Below, in pieces: positions 26,195 to 36,092 of a DNA stretch of 64,000 nt (positions within the stretch are counted from its first letter, which is position 1; each line of letters begins with the position of its first letter). Both the position numbers and the translations under genes were made by a program. Origin of the DNA: a virus; IMG/VR virus record IMGVR_UViG_3300049001_000029, positions 5,152-69,151 of that record; one strand, written 5' to 3'. The notes beneath the pieces are model-generated. The model saw nothing but the letters and a program-made list of their open reading frames with translations, was not told the DNA's origin and ran no database searches.

Positions 26195-29100
26195 CGCCGC
26201 TGCGCCCCCACCGCTCTCACCAACTCTCGACGGTCCTGCTTGATTTCCTTGCGGATGTACTTCGTGATCTCGCTGCCATCCACGTAGAAATGGCACTCCA
26301 CGCTCGGCTGCTGAGCTTGCGCACCACCCGTGCCCGCTATGGACACCCCCGCGCCACCGGTCCCGATCATTGATGCACCGGACCCGGCAATACCCAGCAT
26401 CCCCATGCGGCCTAGCTCGGCTTGGGCTTGGGCTGTTGCGGCTTGGGCTAGTGACTGGGCCGCGCCCTGCACAGAGCCAAGAGATTTGAGCATGCCGTTG
26501 GCGAGGTTCTCGCCGAACTCGTAGCCGGCCTGCTGCGCATCCCAGCTCTGCGTCTGCTTGAAGTCCTCAGCGAGGCGCTGCTCTTTCAGCCACGCACGGA
26601 TGGCGTCCCACTGTTCCCGGAGCTCCTTGTAGTACGCCTGCCCGTACTGCTGGGCGTCCTGAGTGCCGGAATCGCTGGAGGAGGTGTCGCCGGAGGAGTC
26701 CCCGCTGGAAGAGTCCCCGCCGCTGCTGTCACCGCCGGAGGAATCCCCGCCGGAGGAATCCCCACCGGAGGAGTCACCCCCCGACGAGTCGCCACCAGAA
26801 GAGCCACCACCGCTGGAGTCGCCACCACTGCTGTCACCGCCGGAGGAATCACCGCCTCCTCCGCCACCTCCTCCGCCCTGCTGGCCGCCGCCGACACCGG
26901 CTTGCTGCTCCAACTCGATGATCTTCTTCAGATCTTCGATGATCTTCTGAAGTGCCTGGTCCAACTTCTGTACCGACTGCAGCGGTTTCTGCATCCCGGA
27001 ATCGACAGCATCCCCCGCGTCCTTACCGTCCTTGCTGATGTTCTTCAGATCGCCATCAACAGTCGCCAGGGCCTTGTCCAGCTTGTTCGCATCGTCCGTC
27101 GATTTCTTCAGCTCGTCATCGAAAGTACCCAAATCCTTATCGACGTCCTTCAGGTCCTTCCCGAACTGCTCGAAGTTCTGGACGAACTGTTCCCACTGCT
27201 TATCGGCCTGCTGCAGTGACTGCGCAAACGTCGTCCAATCCTTGACGAACGACTGCCACGACTGGTTTGTCTGTTGCAGACTCTTCGTGAAATTCTGCCA
27301 GCTCGTGACAAACTTCGACCAGTTACCGGCCGCCTGCTGCAGCGCTTTCGTGTAGTTAGACCACTGTTTGACGAAGTTCGTCCAGTTCTGGGTGGCCTGC
27401 TGCAGCGTCTTCGTGAAACTGGTCCAAGCGGTATTGAACTTCGTGAAATTAGCGGTGGCCTGCTGCAGCGTCTTAGTGAAAGCAGTCCACTGCTTCACAA
27501 AATTGGTGAAAACCGGACCCAACTGCTGTGTTGCCTTCGTGAACGACTGAAACTGTGGGTTCAACTTCTGCATTGACGTCGAAGCCGACGTCAAAGACGG
27601 ATTCAACTTCTGGAACGGCGCTTGAACGTTCTGCACGTTCTTAGCCATCGGCTGCAGCTGCTGGTTGGTGCCCTGCCCCTGCTTCGCCAAATCCTGAAGT
27701 TCCTTCGGGATCGGCCGGATACCCTGACCGAACCCAGCGACCGGTGCAAGTCCTTTCTGGAACGACTGGTTCACGCCGTCCTGCGTGGTCTGAATCTGAT
27801 CCTGCTGAGTCTTCAGCTCGGCTTCGCGCTGCTTGAGCTCGTTCAACTGCTGGGTGTAGGGGTTCAACACCTGCGCTGCCTGCTTCTGTGCACCAGTCAG
27901 CCCCTGCGTGGACTGGGTGTACTGGCTTTGTGCTGCTTGGACCTGTTTCATCTGATCTTCAAGACCCTTTTGCTCAGCCTTGAGTTTGTTCAGTTCGACG
28001 CGGTTCCCCTCGAATGCCTGACTGTTTTCCTCGACCGCCGGGGACTGGTTTTTCACAGCGTTCGTGCTGTCGTCGATCGGGGCCTGCAACGCCTGCATCG
28101 ACGAACCGTAATTATTAGCCTGGGGGGCCGCCTTCTCCAGCGACTCCCCCTGCTTGTCAATACTTACGGTGCCCTTCTGCAGGTCGTCCCCCAGAGCCTT
28201 GTTTGAATTACCCAACGCTGTGGTGGCCTGGTTCAAGTCCTGTGAAGATTTCGCTGCCGTCTCAGCGTGGTTACTAAACGGGTTCAGGTGGCCGGCTACC
28301 CATTCGATGGCGTGCCCGGCAACCGAGAAAACGTTCGCAATCTGTTTCACCGTGTCGATCAGCGCGGAGAGACCCTGTGCGAGCATCGCCGCCGCCCGGA
28401 AGCAGTTCGCCATGAACGTGATGATGTCGGCGATGACCCGACTAATATCCGGACCGGCAGCCTTGACAGCACCAGCGGCGCGCGTGAATGCCCCCGACAC
28501 TCCCTCAGAGCCAAGAGCGTTGAACGCGGCCTGCCCCAATGTGGAGACAACTGAAATAATGTCCTTGACTTCGCTGCTGATCTTCTGCGACGCCGACGAC
28601 AAGGCGTTCGACATGCCGGCGATCGCCGAGTCGCTTTTCTTCATCGCCGACTCGATCGCCAGCGTCAGGTTCGTGAACGCAGCCATCGCCGCGCTGATCG
28701 CATTGCGCAGACCGGCGACCATCCGGTTCGCACCGTCCACGATCTGATCAAGTTCGTGAACGAACTCGACGATCTTCTCCCCGCCGACCATAATGAGGGT
28801 CGCCCCGAAGTCGCCGACCTTCTTCGTCAGCGTTTCGATGGCCTGCAACGCCTGCGTACCGACCTGGCGGGCCATCGTGGCGAACGCGTTAGTCATCTTG
28901 TCCAGCGCGGAGATGCCGGCCTGCACGAGCGCGGGCATCTGCTTGAAAAACTGTGTGAATGCAGGAGCCATCGTCGTGGTGATCTTGTTGAAGCCCTGCG
29001 CCAGCTCCGTCAACGCGGTGATCGCCGGCTGAATACCAGTCTTCGCGGCGGCCGCGATTGTCTGAAACGCCTGCTTCAACGGGGCCGCGATCTGCGGCTC

Positions 29101-30669
29101 CGCCTTAATAGCCGTATGGATAAACTGGTTGATCACATTGGCAAACGGCTGCGCCATATCAGAGAAATCGCCCTTGATCTTATCGACCAAGTCCTTGAAG
29201 CCCGCCTGAATCTGCTTGTTGCCCGACTCGGCCTTAATGACCATCCCGGTGAGAACCGCGCCGAACCCCAGTGCCGCAGCGCCCATGCCACCGAAAGCAC
29301 CCACAGACACCACACCGAGAGCACCCACAGCGGTACCCAGTGCGCCAGCGGCCAGGGTGCTGATTCCCACGATGCTACCGAACTGGCCCAAAATACCTGT
29401 AGCCGTACTGGCTCCGCTACTTAACTGGTCCATGCCCTTAGCGGCAGCATTCCCCGAGTTCGTTAGGAAATCGGCGTCCCCAGCGGCATCATCGAGCGCT
29501 TTACCGCCAGCATCAACAGTGTTTGACATGCCATCGGCGGCACCACTAGCCGCGTCCATCGCCTTACCGGCGGCATCGACACCATTCGACATGCCATCGG
29601 CGTCCCCTGCGGCACTGTCTAGTGTACGACCAGTGGCGTCTATACCGCTGGACAATGTGCCGGCCGAACGGGAGCCCGTGTCCATAGCGTCATTTAGGGC
29701 ACGCTGCATAGCGTCAGCCTGAGATCCGTTGCTATACATTTCACCCATGCCGGTCGAGGTACGACCCAACGCACCCGACATCGCGCCCATCGTGCCAGTG
29801 GCAGTCTTCGCGTCGCTGTCGAGACTCTTGACATTATCATCAGCATGTTTTGTATCATCGGACAGATTGCGGGCGCCTTGACCCGCCTCGCGCATACTCG
29901 AATCGAGCTTTCCAGCGTCCTGTGCGACCTTGTCCATGTCGGCTACCAGGGCTTTAGCGGCGGCATCAGCGGTGTTGATGTCCGATGAGTCGACCTTGAT
30001 TTTTACTTGCTTACCGTCGAGAGCGTCGGCCGCTGCTTTCAGCTCCGCCAACTTAGCGATAGCTTCGTCGACACCCTCCAGCACCACTCTGATGTTGATG
30101 GTCTTTCCATCGAGTTCATTGGCGTCCTCGCGGAGCTTCTCTAAATCCTCTTTTGCCTTGTCGACCCCTTCGTCCTCAACGCGGAGGTCAACGTTTTTGC
30201 CGTCAAGCTCGTCGGCATCGCGTTTCAGCTCATCAAGGTCTTCCTTAGCCTTATCAACACCTTCGTCGTCGACGTGTAGATCGATGTTCTTGTTGTCCAA
30301 CTCGTCGGCATCACGCTTCAGCTCGTCAAGCTCAGCCTTGGCCTTCTCGATCTCAGCGTCCTCGACATGCAAGTCAATGTGCTTGTTGTCAAGCTCATCG
30401 GCGTCGCGTTTCAGCTCGTCTAGTTCAGCCTTAGCCTTCTCAATCTCCGCATCATCGAACCGGAGGTCAATGTTCTTGCCGTCCAACTCGTCGGCATCAG
30501 CCTTGAGCTCGTCGAGTTCCTTCTTGGCTTCCTCGGCGTTCTCGACATCGACGCGGATACGAACTTCGCCGTCTTTCAGTTCATCAAGGGTGCGTTGCAG
30601 TTTTTTGATCTCTTCGATGGCTTGTTCGGTTTCGGCGTCAAACTTGATCGTCAGACTCGAATCCGCCAT
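26191..30669 (-). CDS. Tape measure protein
   Basis: ~1490 aa helical, central TM region, W/F periodic repeats, position after tail chaperones; GGAGGGG RBS. Confidence 0.85.
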   Translation of the reverse strand: MADSSLTIKFDAETEQAIEEIKKLQRTLDELKDGEVRIRVDVENAEEAKKELDELKADADELDGKNIDLRFDDAEIEKAKAELDELKRDADELDNKHIDLHVEDAEIEKAKAELDELKRDADELDNKNIDLHVDDEGVDKAKEDLDELKRDADELDGKNVDLRVEDEGVDKAKEDLEKLREDANELDGKTINIRVVLEGVDEAIAKLAELKAAADALDGKQVKIKVDSSDINTADAAAKALVADMDKVAQDAGKLDSSMREAGQGARNLSDDTKHADDNVKSLDSDAKTATGTMGAMSGALGRTSTGMGEMYSNGSQADAMQRALNDAMDTGSRSAGTLSSGIDATGRTLDSAAGDADGMSNGVDAAGKAMDAASGAADGMSNTVDAGGKALDDAAGDADFLTNSGNAAAKGMDQLSSGASTATGILGQFGSIVGISTLAAGALGTAVGALGVVSVGAFGGMGAAALGFGAVLTGMVIKAESGNKQIQAGFKDLVDKIKGDFSDMAQPFANVINQFIHTAIKAEPQIAAPLKQAFQTIAAAAKTGIQPAITALTELAQGFNKITTTMAPAFTQFFKQMPALVQAGISALDKMTNAFATMARQVGTQALQAIETLTKKVGDFGATLIMVGGEKIVEFVHELDQIVDGANRMVAGLRNAISAAMAAFTNLTLAIESAMKKSDSAIAGMSNALSSASQKISSEVKDIISVVSTLGQAAFNALGSEGVSGAFTRAAGAVKAAGPDISRVIADIITFMANCFRAAAMLAQGLSALIDTVKQIANVFSVAGHAIEWVAGHLNPFSNHAETAAKSSQDLNQATTALGNSNKALGDDLQKGTVSIDKQGESLEKAAPQANNYGSSMQALQAPIDDSTNAVKNQSPAVEENSQAFEGNRVELNKLKAEQKGLEDQMKQVQAAQSQYTQSTQGLTGAQKQAAQVLNPYTQQLNELKQREAELKTQQDQIQTTQDGVNQSFQKGLAPVAGFGQGIRPIPKELQDLAKQGQGTNQQLQPMAKNVQNVQAPFQKLNPSLTSASTSMQKLNPQFQSFTKATQQLGPVFTNFVKQWTAFTKTLQQATANFTKFNTAWTSFTKTLQQATQNWTNFVKQWSNYTKALQQAAGNWSKFVTSWQNFTKSLQQTNQSWQSFVKDWTTFAQSLQQADKQWEQFVQNFEQFGKDLKDVDKDLGTFDDELKKSTDDANKLDKALATVDGDLKNISKDGKDAGDAVDSGMQKPLQSVQKLDQALQKIIEDLKKIIELEQQAGVGGGQQGGGGGGGGGDSSGGDSSGGDSSGGGSSGGDSSGGDSSGGDSSGGDSSGGDSSGGDSSSGDSSGDTSSSDSGTQDAQQYGQAYYKELREQWDAIRAWLKEQRLAEDFKQTQSWDAQQAGYEFGENLANGMLKSLGSVQGAAQSLAQAATAQAQAELGRMGMLGIAGSGASMIGTGGAGVSIAGTGGAQAQQPSVECHFYVDGSEITKYIRKEIKQDRRELVRAVGAQRR
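26690..26850 (-). repeat. 15-bp imperfect tandem repeat encoding (GGDSS)n inside tape measure
   Basis: About ten GGDSS-type units after a poly-Gly run. Confidence 0.8.
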
Positions 30670-30973
30670 CGTCCGCCCCCTCCTCGTCTTCGTCGTCGGT
30701 GTCTTGTTCCGCATCGAACGCGTACGGCGGCATAAACCGCGCCAACTTCAACTCGGAGCCCTGCTTGCGGAATGGCGCGGTCACATGCATTGCTAGCCAC
30801 GCGATGTTCATGTCGTCCCTCAACTGCCCTACAGGGCCGTTGAGGCGTTCCCACACTTCCCATTCGGACAGTTCAGAAGACGAGGTACGGTGAAGCAGCT
30901 CCGAGACGGTTACTCCGAGATGTCCGGCGAGTCGGAAGTAGAATCGTCGATCGTCTCGGAATCGGAGTTTCCC
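30638..30973 (-). CDS. Tail assembly chaperone, -1 frameshift extension (gpGT-like)
   Basis: -1 frame from slippery site reads KLRFRDDRRFYFRLAGHLGVTVSELLHRTSSSELSEWEVWERLNGPVG. Confidence 0.75.
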   Translation of the reverse strand, partial: GKLRFRDDRRFYFRLAGHLGVTVSELLHRTSSSELSEWEVWERLNGPVGQLRDDMNIAWLAMHVTAPFRKQGSELKLARFMPPYAFDAEQDTDDEDEEGADDGGFESDDQV

Positions 30974-31362
30974 TCCATCTCCTTCTTCGCCGCGTCGTCC
31001 TGCTTGTTCAGCCTGTTCGCGGCCTCAGCAACGATCGTGGCGCCAGCGGCGGGCAGCCTTTCCAGGTGAGCCAGACCCTTGGCCATGTTGGGGAACACCC
31101 GGTTCCCGTTACCGTCCACCATGGACATGACGCAGGTCCGTAGATCCTGCTTCTCTAGGGTCAGCCGCAGCCCCGACCCATCACGAGTGAAGTTCCCGCG
31201 TTTGAGTTCGTCCTGCTGCGCGCCGGTCAGTTCCTGCACCAGCGCGGCGATACCCCACGGCGGCACCTCTACCCGTTCTCGACGCAACTCGATAGTCGGA
31301 GGCAATTGCGTCCATGATGTAAGGAGCGGAAGCTCCTCTTCAATCTTCTTACGTGCAGGCAT
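30910..31362 (-). CDS. Tail assembly chaperone (gpG-like)
   Basis: ERVEVPPWG...VQELTG...SMVDGNGNRVF; upstream of tape measure. Confidence 0.75.
   Translation of the reverse strand: MPARKKIEEELPLLTSWTQLPPTIELRRERVEVPPWGIAALVQELTGAQQDELKRGNFTRDGSGLRLTLEKQDLRTCVMSMVDGNGNRVFPNMAKGLAHLERLPAAGATIVAEAANRLNKQDDAAKKEMEGNSDSETIDDSTSDSPDISE
30967..30973 (-). other. Programmed -1 ribosomal frameshift site G GGA AAC
   Basis: XXXYYYZ heptamer in frame near the end of gpG-like ORF with open -1 frame to 30638. Confidence 0.8.
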
Positions 31363-31389
31363 TCTATTTCTCCTGTTTGATAGTACGAA

Positions 31390-31905
31390 CTAACTAGCCG
31401 TTGATCTCTTGTTGAACTCTTGCTTCACAACCTCAACGGCGGGTGTTTTACCGACCTCGAAGCCGTACCGCATGTACTCCACGGCGGGGATCGTGACTTC
31501 TTCCACTTCGACCCAACGCCCGAAATAGCCGAGAAACTTCATCGTCGGGGTGTAGTCGACATGGCTGAGAACATCCGGAAGCGACTTTGCGTGTAGTGTC
31601 GCTCCAGACTCCTGGGTCTCCGCGTACACATGCGCGGGGGTGCCACGATCGTTTTCTTCATCATTCACATATGGGCTGATGATCCACGACAGCGGTCCGA
31701 CCCGTGCCCGGTCAATCGAGTCACGCAGGGCACCTGAGCGGACATGGTCGTTCAAACCTTCGCGGGCATAATTCACGAACATTTGAGCGCCCTTATCCAT
31801 GATCGGGGACAGTTCTTCGGGCTCCAAAGCACGTTCAATCTTGGCGATCTTGTCTTTGACGTTTTGGAGCCCGTCGAACTCCCACGAAACGCGGGCGTCA
31901 GCCAT
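31390..31905 (-). CDS. HK97 gp10-like neck/tail completion protein
   Basis: VRSGALRDSI...YAETQESG...YMRYGFE. Confidence 0.6.
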   Translation of the reverse strand: MADARVSWEFDGLQNVKDKIAKIERALEPEELSPIMDKGAQMFVNYAREGLNDHVRSGALRDSIDRARVGPLSWIISPYVNDEENDRGTPAHVYAETQESGATLHAKSLPDVLSHVDYTPTMKFLGYFGRWVEVEEVTIPAVEYMRYGFEVGKTPAVEVVKQEFNKRSTAS

Positions 31906-31909
31906 TGGG

Positions 31910-32680
31910 TTACGCGTAGACGGTGTTACGCGAGAACCCCAGCAGAGCCCCCACAATGCCGCCCGTGCCGGTCACCGTGGCCTGCGCCCTGATCTGCTGC
32001 GGGATCGAATTACCTACACCCAGGATCAGACGCTGCTTACCGGGCGCTGACAGCGTCGAGAACGTCATCCCCGTCAAGTTCGTCCACGTAGTGCCATCCG
32101 GAGACCCCTGAATAACCACGGCTAGCGTGGTTGCGGCGGTCATGGTGAACACGTGCAGCTGCGCCGCGCACCCGGCCGTGGTTGCCCCGGTGGTCAGGGT
32201 CTGGTCCAGAATCCCAGAGTTGATCGCCGAACCGGTCGTTAGGAAGACGGTCGGAGAGAACAGCTGGTAACCGTCGTCGACAGCGCCACGGGCCATCGCG
32301 TTGATATCAACATCGACGGCGCCCTTGAGCTTGGTGTCGGCGTCATACTTGGTGATCACGGAGGGCTGCATGGTGAGGTCGTTCATCAGACCCCAGCCCT
32401 GCGGCGCGACCGCCAGCAGAACATCCGAGTCCTGACCGAACTTGCGGTTGATCACCTGGTTGTAGCCGACGTCACCGGGGCCGTAGAAGCCCTTGTACTC
32501 GATGCTGGCCTTCTGAATGCCCGCCAGGTCGTAGGAGAAGCGGTCACCGAACACAGTCGCGTCGATGACAGCGGCATCCCGCTTCGACTTGTACTCCATG
32601 TTCTGGCCGGTGATGTCGTACTCGTCGATGGCCATCGCCGCTTCTCTACCAACAAGCGGCTTCTGTGCGAGAACAGGCAT
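31910..32680 (-). CDS. Major tail (tube) protein
   Basis: IDATVFGD...LAGIQKASIEYKGFY motif plus C-terminal beta domain. Confidence 0.65.
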   Translation of the reverse strand: MPVLAQKPLVGREAAMAIDEYDITGQNMEYKSKRDAAVIDATVFGDRFSYDLAGIQKASIEYKGFYGPGDVGYNQVINRKFGQDSDVLLAVAPQGWGLMNDLTMQPSVITKYDADTKLKGAVDVDINAMARGAVDDGYQLFSPTVFLTTGSAINSGILDQTLTTGATTAGCAAQLHVFTMTAATTLAVVIQGSPDGTTWTNLTGMTFSTLSAPGKQRLILGVGNSIPQQIRAQATVTGTGGIVGALLGFSRNTVYA

Positions 32681-32910
32681 TACGCCGACTCCTCATCTTT
32701 CTTTGTGCCAGGGTTGTTAGACCCGGCGGAAGGGGCCGGGACGCGTTTGATCAGCGGGTGAGGCTCCCAGCTCAGATACGCCTCGATGCGGTCGCCGGTG
32801 TATGGCTGGTTGACCTCGAACTTGGGCTTGTCCTTGCCGTTCTTCGGGTCCACCTCCCAAAACGGGATATTCACCACATAGCTGTCTTTGTCTTCTTGTT
32901 TCTGGGCCAC
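32680..32910 (-). CDS. Hypothetical protein
   Basis: AGGAG RBS in head-tail region. Confidence 0.55.
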   Translation of the reverse strand: MAQKQEDKDSYVVNIPFWEVDPKNGKDKPKFEVNQPYTGDRIEAYLSWEPHPLIKRVPAPSAGSNNPGTKKDEESA

Positions 32911-32918
32911 TGGTTCTC

Positions 32919-33338
32919 CTAAACCATGACAGTGAATTGAACTTGCACACCGAAATACGAAGTGCCGCCAACCCGCTGCGATCCGTAACGCGCAGCGGTC
33001 ACCGTGCTCAATTCCACATACGAGATGAGCTGCGACAACGTGTCATCGACCGTGGTGTCCAGAAGATTCGAGATCACCTGCCCGGCCGGATCGATAAATT
33101 CATCAATCTGATCCTGGGCCGATTCCTCGTCGATTCGGTTGGTGAGATAGGTCAACACGAAATGCAGCTCCGAGCGGCCCATCTGAAACACCTGCGTGTA
33201 ATCAATGAACGGCCGATCCGGGCCAACGAAAAAACACGGCACGTTCACCCCGTCCGGCACAAACGCGTACGCCGTCGTATCCGGTATCGGTCCGATACGG
33301 GCCACCAGGGCACGACGAATCGCCCCGATATTTGCCAC
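32919..33338 (-). CDS. Tail terminator/completion protein
   Basis: Position; AYAFVPDGVNVP...AQDQIDEFIDPAG. Confidence 0.6.
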   Translation of the reverse strand: MANIGAIRRALVARIGPIPDTTAYAFVPDGVNVPCFFVGPDRPFIDYTQVFQMGRSELHFVLTYLTNRIDEESAQDQIDEFIDPAGQVISNLLDTTVDDTLSQLISYVELSTVTAARYGSQRVGGTSYFGVQVQFTVMV

Positions 33339-33364
33339 AGTTCACGGCCTTTCGGGGAATAGGT

Positions 33365-34090
33365 TTACGCCAACACAGGATCCTTCAAATGACACAACAG
33401 CTTGACGGCCATCGGGTTAAACGGTGCCTGGACCACCATCACGGTCTTTTGGCCACCGAAACCGCCCGTAGCCAGGCCGGAGATACCGGCCGACCCGTTG
33501 GTGAAGTCCTTCGACTTGTAGTGGTCGATCGCCAAAATCTGGCACGCCTGTGACACCTCAATCGGCACGGCGGCCCAGCCCCACTGCGCGGTGACCTGAA
33601 CACGGGCAGTACGCCTAGCGCCGTAACCCGCGCCGTAGTCCCAGTCGCAGTATCCGTAGGCGCTGTCGTAGTAGTCACCACACCCGAACGGGCGACGATG
33701 CGAACGACGTTTAGGCGCCGGGAAGAAGAGACTCCCCACGGCCTCAATCTGATCAAACGGATACCCGAACATGGGACTCGTCGGCGCGGCCTCCCACGCC
33801 GACGAGTCCCATGTGGTTTCAAAGACACCGTCGCCGTCCATGTCGGTCGCCACGACAAGGCCGTCAGTAGTGGCGAACACCCCCGGCTTGAGATGTGTAA
33901 TCGTCTCCGCACGCAAGACGCGAGGCGACGGGACACCCGAAGTCCAGAACTGGTCGCCATACCAGTTGTCGATCTGCCGAGACGACGCGGTCACCGCCAT
34001 CTGCAACTCGTCATCAGACGACTCGTTGGTGATCCGCAGAGCGCCCTTGAGCTGGTCGACGATGATGTAGTCACTGCTCGTTGCCGGCAC
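33365..34090 (-). CDS. Head-to-tail adaptor (gp6/gp15-like)
   Basis: LKGALRI...ASSRQIDNW...VQVTAQWGWAAVPIEVSQAC. Confidence 0.75.
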   Translation of the reverse strand: MPATSSDYIIVDQLKGALRITNESSDDELQMAVTASSRQIDNWYGDQFWTSGVPSPRVLRAETITHLKPGVFATTDGLVVATDMDGDGVFETTWDSSAWEAAPTSPMFGYPFDQIEAVGSLFFPAPKRRSHRRPFGCGDYYDSAYGYCDWDYGAGYGARRTARVQVTAQWGWAAVPIEVSQACQILAIDHYKSKDFTNGSAGISGLATGGFGGQKTVMVVQAPFNPMAVKLLCHLKDPVLA

Positions 34091-34099
34091 GACGACCTC

Positions 34100-34297
34100 C
34101 TAGCCCCTACGGGGACGACGCAGCTCCGAACGTTGCTGACCGCGCTCAGGGGTCTGCACGCGTTCCTCGGTGACGAGCTCGCCCCGGATACCGTCAGCCC
34201 ATTTCTGGGCCTCTTCAGGGCTCATCTGGACCTCGTCGCCGGGGCGCCACTCAAAGTTCGCCCCGGCGGCTCCGGTCAGCATTCGCACAAGCGGCAC
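34100..34297 (-). CDS. Small head-associated protein
   Basis: VRML...WRPGDEV...EEAQKW...G motif typical after capsid genes. Confidence 0.55.
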   Translation of the reverse strand: MPLVRMLTGAAGANFEWRPGDEVQMSPEEAQKWADGIRGELVTEERVQTPERGQQRSELRRPRRG

Positions 34298-34299
34298 GA

Positions 34300-34668
34300 C
34301 TAGTCCGCGAACGAATGCTTGTTGATGCGGCGCAGCTCGTTGGCCTCGGTCTGAACGCGCTCCTGCTCGTCCTTCGCTTCCTGCTCTCGGTCACGCGGCT
34401 TCGGTTCCTTGAAGTTCGCGGCACCCAGCGCCTCGCCGGCCTTGTTCCAGGCGGCGTTCTTCTCTTCGTCGGAAGCATCCTCGTCGACAAGAACAACAAA
34501 GTTCGTCGACTCAGCCGGGTCACCGTTGTGGTCGCGCGACACCATCGCCACATGGCTCGCCCGAGCCTGCGCGGAACCCTTCTCGGCGGCGTCCCGCGCG
34601 TCCGCTGACGCATGCTCCGGCTTGGGGCGCTGCGCCTCAGCCTTCGGCTGGCCAGTTGAAACAGCCAT
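34300..34668 (-). CDS. Hypothetical protein
   Basis: AAGGAG RBS. Confidence 0.55.
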   Translation of the reverse strand: MAVSTGQPKAEAQRPKPEHASADARDAAEKGSAQARASHVAMVSRDHNGDPAESTNFVVLVDEDASDEEKNAAWNKAGEALGAANFKEPKPRDREQEAKDEQERVQTEANELRRINKHSFAD

Positions 34669-34692
34669 TACAACTCCTTAAAACGAGGAATG

Positions 34693-34729
34693 CGGGAACC
34701 CCCGCCGGGGAGCAACGGGGGTGCCCGCG
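34693..34729 (-). terminator. Hairpin after major capsid gene
   Basis: GCGGG.ACCCCCG ... CGGGGGT.CCCGC. Confidence 0.55.
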
Positions 34730-34751
34730 ACCTACTGGGATAGAAGAAGGA

Positions 34752-36011
34752 TCAGGTGGCACTGTTCTTGTACGCAGCGACAGCGCTCGGGTCATCCGGG
34801 CGCCCATCGAGACGGGAATAACCGAAGAAACCGACCTGCATGAAATCGGCGTACCGCTCGTTCAGGCGGACAAGCTGCACGTCGTGAACCTGGCGGACGA
34901 TGTAGCCGGCGTGGAAGTCGCCGAACAGAATCGACACCGCGTTCGCCGCCATCGAAGGCATGCCCTGGTCGATGGTGTAGGGAATGCCGTTGATGGTGGC
35001 CGCCATGCCCACGGTCGGGACCGGAACCCACAGGGGGCGACCCTGGGTGTCCTTCAACTTGCGCAGCGTGCGCAGCGTCGAATCGTTCATGACGTAGCGG
35101 ACGTTCCCGGTGCGGTATGCCGGGTCGATGGAATGTTCGAGGTCCACGAGGTCGTCATAGATGACGGTGGCGACCTGACCGGTCAAGCCGGTCTTGCCGA
35201 TGGTGATGCCCTGCGTGATACCAGTGGGCTGAGACGAGCCACTTCCCGCGATCAGGTGCGCCGCGACAGCTCGCCCGATTCGCTCGCCCAGCTTTCCTGG
35301 CAACCAGCTGGCCAGGTTGAACGCCGAGTCGTTCAACAGCTCCCACGAGATCAGGACGAGACCCGAGGTGTACTTCCAGGCGTTCATGGTCCGCGTACCG
35401 AACGTGACGTCCAGTGACGTGACCTGTGTATTTTCCGAGAGGATTGAGCCCACATTGCCGGTGTCGTTGTTCGTCGGCCACTGCAGCGGATTGCCCGTGT
35501 CGGTGCTGATGACGTTGCACACGTTCAGCAGGCCGCCGTAAGCCTTCAGGGTCTCCACCATGACGTTGCGGAAACCCGGGGGCACCGTGTAGCCACCAGC
35601 GGTGTTCGTCGACTCACCCAGCGCGCGGGTCTCGTCAGTGCTCCAGCCAGAGGCCAGCACACGGCGCTGCTCGACATCCATCTCACTGACGCCGCGCACC
35701 AGGTAGTCGCTGAACGCGCGTTCGTAAGTCTCGGTGTGTTTTGCGGCGCGCTGTTCCGAGGTCTCCTCCGGGTTCTCCGCACCGGTCGCCTGGATTGCGC
35801 CCTGGTAGGCCGGGGCGTCGCGCTTGGCCTGACGCTCAAGACGGTCGATGTCAGCGGACACCACGTCGATGTCCGCGTTGGCCTTGTCCCAGTTGGCGCG
35901 CTCCTCAGCGGTCCAATCCCGGTCTTCCTCTTCAGCGGCGCGCTGAATCTCCTGCATCCGATTGAAGAGCCTGTTCTGCTCGTCAATCTTCCGCTTCAAA
36001 AAATCTGACAT
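34752..36011 (-). CDS. HK97-fold major capsid protein
   Basis: Coiled-coil delta domain; GGYTVP, ISWELLNDS, LKDTQGRPLW, ILFGDF, RLDGR. Confidence 0.95.
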   Translation of the reverse strand: MSDFLKRKIDEQNRLFNRMQEIQRAAEEEDRDWTAEERANWDKANADIDVVSADIDRLERQAKRDAPAYQGAIQATGAENPEETSEQRAAKHTETYERAFSDYLVRGVSEMDVEQRRVLASGWSTDETRALGESTNTAGGYTVPPGFRNVMVETLKAYGGLLNVCNVISTDTGNPLQWPTNNDTGNVGSILSENTQVTSLDVTFGTRTMNAWKYTSGLVLISWELLNDSAFNLASWLPGKLGERIGRAVAAHLIAGSGSSQPTGITQGITIGKTGLTGQVATVIYDDLVDLEHSIDPAYRTGNVRYVMNDSTLRTLRKLKDTQGRPLWVPVPTVGMAATINGIPYTIDQGMPSMAANAVSILFGDFHAGYIVRQVHDVQLVRLNERYADFMQVGFFGYSRLDGRPDDPSAVAAYKNSAT

Positions 36012-36092
36012 GTCGAGGCCGCGTCCTTTCTGGGGCACGCAAAACAACCCCACACGCAGAAGCGCGGGGGGTTGCGGTGGTTGGTTTAGGTG

